Source of the DNA: a virus
Lineage: Duplodnaviria > Caudoviricetes
IMG/VR virus record: IMGVR_UViG_3300046722_000334
Coordinates: 1 to 51,502 of that record
DNA length: 51,502 bases
Strand: one strand, 5' to 3'
Position numbers and translations under genes: made by a program. Shown here piece by piece: positions 17,961-26,254 of this stretch. The stretch's first letter is position 1. Each line of letters begins with the position of its first letter. The notes under the pieces are model-generated. The model ran no database searches, had not been told where the DNA came from, and worked only from the letters and a program-made list of their open reading frames with translations.

Positions 17961-18652
17961 GACTGGCCATTTTACTTTGCATCGCTTCGCGTCTTTTCGG
18001 AGCGCAGGGATTTGTGAACGCGGCAATTCATGAGGCCTTAGACGACGTTAGTGTGAGTATCTCGTTGACCTCGCCAAACGCCGTTTACTGCCTAACGCAG
18101 GCGAGCAACACCTCCGTGATTACTTCCGTGGGTGCCGATGATGGAGCGGGACATACATTCAGCCTTACCGGAGCAACGCAATTCTCCGATATCGCCAACA
18201 TGCAGTGGTTTTATGCCATTCGCGTGGTAACCACAGCCACGTATACGATCACGTCATCTTATACGGCTGGCGGCACTTTTCGGGCCATCACTTGCTACGA
18301 GGTGTCTGGTGTTCCTGCGACAGGGGTGGTGGACGTCAATAACGCCGCTGGAACTGCCGGGTCGGGAACATCGTGTACGACCGCTTCCTTCAGCACGGCT
18401 CAGGCGAGCGAGGTGGTGGTGGTTGGCGTGGCCCCGGCCGCAGCATCCCAAACCTTTAGCGCGGGAGCTGGGTATACGATGCCGGCTATTTCTATGACGT
18501 TTTCGGGAAGCGAATACCAGGCATTCTCATCGCCACAGGCCGGGGTTGCCGCGACGGACAACTACAGTTCCAACGTTGCCAGTATGTGCCTGGCGTTCAG
18601 CATGAAGGACAATGCCGCGACTGCCTCCATACCGATGAGGAGCATTCAATGA
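17957..18652 (+). CDS. Signal-peptide-bearing beta-rich protein
   Basis: MRLAILLCIASRLFGA|Q; domain also present, permuted, in the next gene. Confidence 0.75.
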   Translation: MRLAILLCIASRLFGAQGFVNAAIHEALDDVSVSISLTSPNAVYCLTQASNTSVITSVGADDGAGHTFSLTGATQFSDIANMQWFYAIRVVTTATYTITSSYTAGGTFRAITCYEVSGVPATGVVDVNNAAGTAGSGTSCTTASFSTAQASEVVVVGVAPAAASQTFSAGAGYTMPAISMTFSGSEYQAFSSPQAGVAATDNYSSNVASMCLAFSMKDNAATASIPMRSIQ

Positions 18653-21600
18653 AACTTGCCCTCTGCCTCTTGCTTTCTGGCATCGCATGGGGCCAGTTGA
18701 GCCCCTACACGGACCAGACCGTCCTACTTCTGGACGTGGGCGCGAAGGACGTAGCCGTAACCAACCTCGACGCCTTGGGCGGCGTGCAGCATATTCCTCT
18801 GCCGGTGGACGGGACGCACCGGGCTAGAGTGTGGCTGTCGCGGTACTCTCCCTGTCCAGGATCTACGGTTCCGGGATTTACAGACACGCATTGCACTGCA
18901 CCGGGGGGTTCCGCGACTGCCTGCACTGGTTCTTGCGCGATCTCTCTACATCAGGAGTATGGGCCGTACTCCCGCCGCTTCTCGATTTGTGATTTGGCTG
19001 GGACTACCTGTGGAACCCCAAGCTCCTTCGAGCGCATGCCAGCGGTCAATCCGGCTCCCACCAATTCTCCCTATACCGTCCCGCTCTACATTTATGGGAC
19101 CGGGGGAAACCAGAAAAGTTTCAACGTCCCAATTGCTGGCGGGCAGACCGTGAGCGGTTTACGGCTATGGACATGGTTGTTCCAGACGCCGCGCCGAAAA
19201 TTGAGCGTTGGCTTCAACTCGCAGCCGATGAAGCTGATCGACACGGTAAACGTAATTAAGGTGACCACTAGCGGGACCGTCTGCACGATGGTAACCGACC
19301 GTCCGCACGGCTTGAGCAATGGGCAGTTGGCACAACTTAACTTCTTCAATACCACATGGTTCAGCGATGGCGGCCAAGCACAACTAAATGGAAACTTTAA
19401 CGTGACCGTTGTGGACGATTCCACGTTTACCGTGCCCTGCACTCTGAGCGCAGACGCTAGCGGAACGCATTGGACCACAGGCTCCAATTGGAATGCCGAC
19501 CTGCCCCCAGCCCAGGTGGGCTACGCAACAGGGAAGACGGTGAGCGGAACGGTGTTCTATTCAAGTGAGGAGAAATTCTTTGGCGGGATGGATTCCAACG
19601 GACAGGCTTTTATGGCCACCGTGCCTATCGGCGCATCTGAATTGACGGCAGGGGCAACAAACGTCGTGAAGTTCCAATACAACGGAGCACCCACAGGAGC
19701 CAGCCTGAACCAATGGGTGCTTGACTGGAACGTCGTAGAGCCCGACAAAGAATTGGACCAGATCGTGGTGACCGGCCTCAATGCCGTGGCGCGGACCACC
19801 ACGAACTTCACCTGCGTAGTGGGCGATACGTACATTATCCAGAATGCTCCTGGCCCACTATGGCGCTTCAATCTGGAACGGGTCGTTACGGCTTGTCCGG
19901 ACGGAACTGGCGCGAATGCCAGCACGCATTTTACGTTCTTGTGGGGACCAGACACGGACGGATTTCAAGAATATGAAACTCTGACGCAGACGCCGAGCAC
20001 TACGTCCACCGATCCGTTCTATACTGCACCTGGAACCTACGTGGTGCGCACGGCTCGCGACACAACGATCACACCGAACCAGCATATGTACGCAGCGCGA
20101 GCGATTATCGCCAAGAGCAATTTCGTAGCGTATAAACCATCGGTGGAAAATCGCGTCTCCGCTGGAAGCGTGAGCAACGGGCACACGCTATTCGATACGG
20201 TTCCGATAAAGACCAGGAATCCCTATTTCAACCACCAGGAACTTACGCCATGCGCTGGTTGTCACATGGATGGAGGCTTCTCGTTTAAGTACGGCCAGGC
20301 TCCTTCTGACGTGATCCACTTCGGCGCGGTGCAGGACGGGTTCTCAGATTCTGACGCAGAGGATATTCTCGCCTACATTCAAAGCAATACCCTCACCCCG
20401 CCCGTGCGAAGCCGGTGGTGGAATCCTCTGCTACAGGGGGGTAAGACCTGCGGCAGTATTTCGTCGGCCGATCGTTTGGCAGGAAATGGCATCCGCTGGA
20501 AGTTGGTGTACGATCAAGACCTACCAGAGTACCTGATCCCTGGAGGCTCGTTTGCCAAGTGGGCGGCGAACCAAAACTTGGATTTTTTCTGCATCCCGTT
20601 GCCGATCACCAACCCGCATTGGATTCGCTGGTTCCCAGCAGAACACCCCTTGGATTTCTTTGCGTCGCTCGGCCTGGACTTCACCGCACAGGCGGCCTGG
20701 ACAGATTACGTGGCATACAAGGCGGCGCTTAAATTTGGCGCAGCGAACAATTTCACGCAACTCGAAAAAGGAACCCTGGGGGGGTCCGGTGTGGCTTACC
20801 GGATCGGTGCAGCGGCAGGAACCGACGATGCAAAATTGACGGCCCCAAACACGCAGGCTTGGGACTTGAACGGTTTGGCATTCAAGACTACAGGCGTGGG
20901 AAGCTGCACTTCCACTAATGTTGAGGTGGGCGCTGGAGGCGCATCGTCCAACGCCGTCTCGATCACGGAAACTCTGCACCATAGCCTCTTCGTCCTCACC
21001 ACGTCAACATCAGGGGCCACCGCTACAATAGGAGACACAAAAGGCGAGACCTTCGTTGCGACGCTAGGATCTCCGTACAGCGGGAGCGCGGGTCTTCCGA
21101 CGCTCTATTATTCCTGGTACGTCAAGGACACCGGGGCGGGAGCCAATACGATCACGGCAGCGTACTCAGGGAGCAATCAGTACCCGGCGTTATCGGTCGT
21201 AGATTGCTCCAACGTGGACCACGTGAACACCTTCGACGCGCAGCACTCGGCCAGCGGATCGGGTACGGCAGGCTACGTTAGTAGCGGAAACTTCACAACG
21301 TCGGCGGCAGGCGACATCATCATCGGCTGGGGAAACTACGCGGCGGCTGGAGGATTTCCGGCCCCCTCGATCTTGACCGCCTACGAAGGCAACGCAAACT
21401 ATCTCGGCAATCTCGTTTCTCCGTCCCCGGATATTAGTGCGGCGAAGGCAGCCACTGGCATTTTCGATTATAAGAACACTCCGAGCCGTGGAATGGCCTG
21501 CTATCAAGCCCCGACCTTTGTGTGCCAGGCTAGCCACTACCTCAGCATTTGGTGGTCTAACCGAACTCTCGAACTGATCCAGGCCATCGCGGGACTGGGA

Positions 21601-22476
21601 GGCAAGCACGATACGATCATTGCCGACTACATGTTATCCAGCCAGGGATTGACGCTCGATTCACATTCCGGGGCTTACACTCCAAACGGCTATTTCACCA
21701 ATGCCCTATTCGACACTGGCCCGCATAAAGCAAATATCGGAGACAACTGCTTCCATCTCCAATTTCAAGGGCTCTTCACCTGCGCGAATACGATCCTGGA
21801 TACGGCGATGTGGTATATGCTGCAGTTCCAGCAGGGCAACCGGAACCACTTCGCCAGTGGAGACAATCCGATCGACGTTCCCTATAACTACCTTTTCACT
21901 GGAGGCCTGTCGGGCTCTCGCTCTATGTTCTGGATGAGTTGGATGGGCAATTCGCAGAACGCTCAAATGACGTGGGGTTGGCCGAACATGAACAACATGG
22001 ACATGACCTATTTAGCCGGCAAGTTCATGATCGGCGGGCTAAACACCCAAGGTCACGATCAATTCATCACCGAAGCGGAAAAGGCCACGGTGATGAACGA
22101 GTGGGTGCAGCAATTCTTAGAGCTTAAAGCGCGGTTCACGGTCGCCGCCGATTGGCAGACTAAGTTCCCCTGTACGTCACCATTGGCTGGCGGCGCAGCG
22201 TTGGCTTGGGGCACCAGTTCTAGTCAAATCTGCCAGGATTGGGCCATGACGCTGCCGATCCTCAACCACTACAACAGCGGAAATTTCGCTGGGGGACCCA
22301 ACCCAGCCGATATCGACACCATCCAGGACTGGCTGCAAACGCTCTACCCGACTCCAGGCGGCGTGGCCTACAACTGGACCACGGAGCGCAACGAGCCGTG
22401 CTCGTTCAACTGGGGGTCGATTGGGGTTGGTGGCAATAACAATCCGCCTGTGCTGTTGTCTTGCACCTTCCAGTAA
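18649..22476 (+). CDS. 1275-aa secreted multidomain protein with a cytochrome c-like CxxCH domain and phage tail-type repeats
   Basis: MKLALCLLLSGIAWG|Q; HGLSNGQ..LNGNFNVTVVDDSTFTV repeat; GSVSNGHTLF...CAGCH...SDSDAEDILAYIQS. Confidence 0.8.
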   Translation: MKLALCLLLSGIAWGQLSPYTDQTVLLLDVGAKDVAVTNLDALGGVQHIPLPVDGTHRARVWLSRYSPCPGSTVPGFTDTHCTAPGGSATACTGSCAISLHQEYGPYSRRFSICDLAGTTCGTPSSFERMPAVNPAPTNSPYTVPLYIYGTGGNQKSFNVPIAGGQTVSGLRLWTWLFQTPRRKLSVGFNSQPMKLIDTVNVIKVTTSGTVCTMVTDRPHGLSNGQLAQLNFFNTTWFSDGGQAQLNGNFNVTVVDDSTFTVPCTLSADASGTHWTTGSNWNADLPPAQVGYATGKTVSGTVFYSSEEKFFGGMDSNGQAFMATVPIGASELTAGATNVVKFQYNGAPTGASLNQWVLDWNVVEPDKELDQIVVTGLNAVARTTTNFTCVVGDTYIIQNAPGPLWRFNLERVVTACPDGTGANASTHFTFLWGPDTDGFQEYETLTQTPSTTSTDPFYTAPGTYVVRTARDTTITPNQHMYAARAIIAKSNFVAYKPSVENRVSAGSVSNGHTLFDTVPIKTRNPYFNHQELTPCAGCHMDGGFSFKYGQAPSDVIHFGAVQDGFSDSDAEDILAYIQSNTLTPPVRSRWWNPLLQGGKTCGSISSADRLAGNGIRWKLVYDQDLPEYLIPGGSFAKWAANQNLDFFCIPLPITNPHWIRWFPAEHPLDFFASLGLDFTAQAAWTDYVAYKAALKFGAANNFTQLEKGTLGGSGVAYRIGAAAGTDDAKLTAPNTQAWDLNGLAFKTTGVGSCTSTNVEVGAGGASSNAVSITETLHHSLFVLTTSTSGATATIGDTKGETFVATLGSPYSGSAGLPTLYYSWYVKDTGAGANTITAAYSGSNQYPALSVVDCSNVDHVNTFDAQHSASGSGTAGYVSSGNFTTSAAGDIIIGWGNYAAAGGFPAPSILTAYEGNANYLGNLVSPSPDISAAKAATGIFDYKNTPSRGMACYQAPTFVCQASHYLSIWWSNRTLELIQAIAGLGGKHDTIIADYMLSSQGLTLDSHSGAYTPNGYFTNALFDTGPHKANIGDNCFHLQFQGLFTCANTILDTAMWYMLQFQQGNRNHFASGDNPIDVPYNYLFTGGLSGSRSMFWMSWMGNSQNAQMTWGWPNMNNMDMTYLAGKFMIGGLNTQGHDQFITEAEKATVMNEWVQQFLELKARFTVAADWQTKFPCTSPLAGGAALAWGTSSSQICQDWAMTLPILNHYNSGNFAGGPNPADIDTIQDWLQTLYPTPGGVAYNWTTERNEPCSFNWGSIGVGGNNNPPVLLSCTFQ

Positions 22477-22479
22477 CCA

Positions 22480-22620
22480 TCATGGCTGCGGCGGCTTCTC
22501 CAAAATAGCTTTGCCGTGATCGAGATGCGGCGCATGGTAGGCCTCTACGAAATAGTCAATACCGGTTGGCCAATGCAGCGCTCGTCTTGCGCGAGTAATC
22601 CAGTCTCGAATGGTTCTCAT
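22480..22620 (-). CDS. 46-aa antisense moron (not in ORF track)
   Basis: MRTIRDWITRARRALHWPTG...; GGGGG RBS; TAGACT -10 box. Confidence 0.5.
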   Translation of the reverse strand: MRTIRDWITRARRALHWPTGIDYFVEAYHAPHLDHGKAILEKPPQP

Positions 22621-22691
22621 TTTGAACCCCCGTCACACCCCAGTCTAGCGCGCTCTGCGGACGCCTGATCTATCTCAATAGGAAAACCCGA

Positions 22692-23552
22692 ATGAGCACT
22701 TACGGCGATACCCGATTACGCTGCGTCAAAGAAGTTCCGGGGATAGACTTTGCCCTATGGGATGGATACCTCTTAGACCGCTATACAGCGATCCTGGACC
22801 GCTTGCAGTGGGCCCGCCTGGATGAGCAATCCATTCTCACCACCGTGGCCCCCTACGCGACGGGAACCGTGGCGCTCGTCCAAGGAGCCAATAGCATAGC
22901 CTTGACCGGAGGGACGTTCACGACGGGCATGACGGGCCGTGGTTTCCGGGTGCCGGGCCGCGACGAATGGTACAGCTTCACGTACGTGGGCGCCGCTTCA
23001 GGCCTCCTCGATCGCCTCTACGAAGGCCCGACCAATGCCCTCTCCCAGTACAAAATCTATCAGGCCATCTACGCCCTGAGCGCAACTACAAAGCTGGTCA
23101 AGAGCCTCACGCTGCCCGGCTGGGGGCCGCTCACCCGCACCAGCCCCGGCGAGTTGAACGCCAGCGCCCCCAGCCGCACCACCTTCGCGGCACCCTCGAG
23201 CTTCGCGCCTTACATGGACGACTCGGAAGACCCCCCGCATCTGCAGATCGAACTCTACCCAGTTCCCGATGCGGTGTACAGTATCATGCTGGCCTCTACC
23301 GCGGAGGCTCGGGGAATCTCCGGCACCGGCACTACCCTGCTGCCGTGGATGCGGCCGAGTTGCCTGTTCGCCGGCGCGGTAGCCGATGCTTTCCTCCATG
23401 CGAAAGACATCAACTCGGCCATGGCCTGGGAAGTGAAATACAAGGAACGCCTAGCGGATATGGTGCGCACCGAGAACGCCTCGAGCGGGCCGCTGGTGAT
23501 GACGCTGGACGACTATTACACAAGACATCGGATGCGCCGCTTTCAACGCTAG
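22692..23552 (+). CDS. Head-tail adaptor/tail tubular protein, paralog 1 (with inserted beta domain)
   Basis: MSTYGDTR..., QIELYPVPDAVY, C-terminal helices. Confidence 0.7.
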   Translation: MSTYGDTRLRCVKEVPGIDFALWDGYLLDRYTAILDRLQWARLDEQSILTTVAPYATGTVALVQGANSIALTGGTFTTGMTGRGFRVPGRDEWYSFTYVGAASGLLDRLYEGPTNALSQYKIYQAIYALSATTKLVKSLTLPGWGPLTRTSPGELNASAPSRTTFAAPSSFAPYMDDSEDPPHLQIELYPVPDAVYSIMLASTAEARGISGTGTTLLPWMRPSCLFAGAVADAFLHAKDINSAMAWEVKYKERLADMVRTENASSGPLVMTLDDYYTRHRMRRFQR

Positions 23553-23579
23553 AATCCCCCCTTTCAGGAGACAAACAAA

Positions 23580-24029
23580 ATGGCTGCAGCAGGACCGTGG
23601 GTACTTTACAACGATTTCAAGCTGAACGCCTTCAAGAAGCTGATGGACTTGTCGGCGGACAGCTTCAAGCTGGCCCTGGTCACCTCGGCCTCGACGGCAA
23701 TCAGCGCCACTCTGACGCCGGCTACCTATGCCGGATTCAATAACGAGGTTTCCAATGCCAACGGCTACACGACCGGAGGCGCGGCGGCCGGCTCACCCAC
23801 GCTTACCGGAGGGGGAGCCACGGCCACGATCACCTTCGACCTTGCCGATGTGCCTTGGACAGCCTCGGCCTCCGGAATCACGGCACGCGCCGCGGTCCTC
23901 TACGACGACACGGCGACGTCCAAGAACCTCATTGCGTACTGCCTGCTCGATTCCACCCCGGCCGATGTCGTAGTGGCGGCGGGGAACACTCTCACCGTGC
24001 AGATCACCAACGTATTCACCGACGCATAG
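23580..24029 (+). CDS. Tail-associated structural protein
   Basis: DLSADSFKLALV, EVSNANGYTTGG, ITARAAVLY, LIAY. Confidence 0.75.
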   Translation: MAAAGPWVLYNDFKLNAFKKLMDLSADSFKLALVTSASTAISATLTPATYAGFNNEVSNANGYTTGGAAAGSPTLTGGGATATITFDLADVPWTASASGITARAAVLYDDTATSKNLIAYCLLDSTPADVVVAAGNTLTVQITNVFTDA

Positions 24030-24038
24030 GGCTAACCC

Positions 24039-25553
24039 TTGGCGACTACTTTCAACCAGACGCAGTTTCGCGGGCGCAATGACGACGGCACCCAGGTTAC
24101 CGCCACCTGGATTGCGGCTACTAATGCGAACTGGGGCCAAAAGCCGGGGGTCACCTTCCGGCTCCGCTTCACCATCTCCCAGACGAGTACCGCCGGGACC
24201 TTGGCGGGGCAACTGCAGGTACAGAAGAACGCGCTCGGCTGGGCCTCCGTGACGGGTTCCTCCTCGGTAGCCAAAGCCGTGGCATCCGGAACGGTTACTG
24301 ACGGCACGGCCACCACGCAGTTAATCAGCACAGGAACGTTCGTCGCCGGATCAACCGATACCGCGGATGGGCTGTGCGCCACCACCGGCTCTATCGCCAG
24401 CGGCTCTTTTACCGAGTTGGAATTCTGCCTTCAGATCAACACGGCGGATGTAACCGCGGCTGATACGGTTACGTTCAGGGTCGTACGGTCCACAGCTACG
24501 ATCTTTATCGGCACGTACCTGAGCCCTGTCGTCAATCTGAAGATCACGAAATCTCCGGCCGCTGTCGCCGCCAGTTTCACCGCAGCCACCCCAGCTCTGA
24601 AACTGACCGTCAAGCCCGCGACCGTTGCCGAAGTCTTCACGGCGGCCACGCCCACGGTTAAGAACGGACTGACCAAGACCCCGGCAACGGTCGCGGCCAG
24701 TTTTAGCGCCGCCACGCCAACTCTCAAGCTGACGGTAAAGCCTGCCACGGTTGCCGCCACCTTCGCAGGCGCTACGCCCACGGTCAAAAACGGGCCGGTC
24801 AAGGCACCGTCGACGGTTGCCGCGAGCTTCAGCGCCGCCACGCCTGCATTAAAGCTCACTGTTAAGCCGGCGACGGTTGCGGCCACGTTCACCCCGGCCA
24901 CCCCGATCGTCAAGAGGGTAGCCAAGCCCGCCACGGTTGCAGCCACATTTGCCGCGGCCACCCCGGCTCTGAAACTGACCGTCAAACCCGCGACGGTCGC
25001 CGCTACATTTGCCGCCGCCACCCCCATCGTGAAACGGGTTGCCAAACCCGCGACGGTCGCCGCTACGTTCACTGGGGCGGCAGTGAAATGGAAACTTACC
25101 GTCAATCCCGCGACCGTGGCGGAAACTTTCACCAGCGCCGCAACAGCGTGGAAACTGACGGTCAAGCCTTCTACGGTTGCGGCCACGTTCACGCCCGCGA
25201 GTCCGGCGGTGGCAGTCGGAACTCCGTCGATCGCCAAGACTCCGGCCACGGTAGCGGCCTACTTTTCGGCCGCGACTCCCGCGCTCCAGTTCACGTTACG
25301 GCCGCCCACAGGCACGGCCCTCTATGCAATGGGGAATCCGGCTCTCGGCCTGTGGGTAACTCCAGCCACGGCGCCAGCGCTCCTCTTCACGGGCGGCGAG
25401 GTAGTGTTCGTCTCCGCCCTCGGCCCTCAGCCCCAGGCGGGCCTCTTCGGTAGTGCGATGGCGCCTGTTGGCGGGAGCATGGACTTTCAGGCGCCCCCTG
25501 TTGGCGGCTCTTGCGCGTATGGCACCGCCCCTGTCGGCGGGAGCGTGCTTTGA
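24039..25553 (+). CDS. Fibre-like protein with ~13 tandem (K)PATVAATFxxATP repeats
   Basis: 18-22 aa repeats at ~24550-25300; 3x PVGGS at the C-terminus. Confidence 0.8.
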   Translation: MATTFNQTQFRGRNDDGTQVTATWIAATNANWGQKPGVTFRLRFTISQTSTAGTLAGQLQVQKNALGWASVTGSSSVAKAVASGTVTDGTATTQLISTGTFVAGSTDTADGLCATTGSIASGSFTELEFCLQINTADVTAADTVTFRVVRSTATIFIGTYLSPVVNLKITKSPAAVAASFTAATPALKLTVKPATVAEVFTAATPTVKNGLTKTPATVAASFSAATPTLKLTVKPATVAATFAGATPTVKNGPVKAPSTVAASFSAATPALKLTVKPATVAATFTPATPIVKRVAKPATVAATFAAATPALKLTVKPATVAATFAAATPIVKRVAKPATVAATFTGAAVKWKLTVNPATVAETFTSAATAWKLTVKPSTVAATFTPASPAVAVGTPSIAKTPATVAAYFSAATPALQFTLRPPTGTALYAMGNPALGLWVTPATAPALLFTGGEVVFVSALGPQPQAGLFGSAMAPVGGSMDFQAPPVGGSCAYGTAPVGGSVL

Positions 25554-26230
25554 CTGTCAGCGAGTTAACGGCGCGCGTCGAGCAGAGAATCGATGACGAT
25601 ACGACCGCACCGGCCACGGTGCAGCCGGGCGAGATACTGGCAGCGCTCAATGAAGGACAGGACCTGGCCTCATGGCTGACACTCTGCCTGGAAAGCGTCG
25701 TTTCCTGGACCCTGCCGTCTCTCGCAACGTTTCTTTCGATCCGCGCCACCTTCCCGGATTTCCTGGTTCCGTTGCGTCTCGAGATCGCCGGCGCGCGGAT
25801 CCGGCCGGCCACGGTCGCGGACCTCGACGCCGAAAACAGCAACTGGCAGGCGACGGTTGGCACGCCCAAGCGGTATTTCACCTTCGGCTGGAACTTCGCC
25901 GGGGTGACGCCGCAACCGTTGAACGACACCGTGGCTACGTTGACCTACGCGCGGGCACCAGTGCAGCTCGTTGGAGATGCTTTCCCTGAATTGCCGGTCC
26001 AGTACGACGAATCCCTAATCTGCTACGCGATCTACAAGGTCCGTCTCAAAGAGGGAGCACAAGGGTTAGAGAGGGGCTTGAAATACCTCAACAAGGCCCT
26101 GGACGACTGGACCGAACTAGGAGATTTCATCCGCAATCGTTCGCGGGCTGCACGATATGACGTCTTACCGTGGGAGCTGAGGATGTTCGACCGTTCCCGT
26201 TTAGCTGCACCGAAGCCGCCTAGAAAGTAA
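25550..26230 (+). CDS. Head-tail adaptor, paralog 2
   Basis: TTG start; EILAALNEGQ, LDAENSNWQATVGTPKRY, PELPVQYDESLICYA. Confidence 0.75.
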   Translation: MTVSELTARVEQRIDDDTTAPATVQPGEILAALNEGQDLASWLTLCLESVVSWTLPSLATFLSIRATFPDFLVPLRLEIAGARIRPATVADLDAENSNWQATVGTPKRYFTFGWNFAGVTPQPLNDTVATLTYARAPVQLVGDAFPELPVQYDESLICYAIYKVRLKEGAQGLERGLKYLNKALDDWTELGDFIRNRSRAARYDVLPWELRMFDRSRLAAPKPPRK

Positions 26231-26254
26231 TCCCCCTCGAGGTTTTCCATTCCT

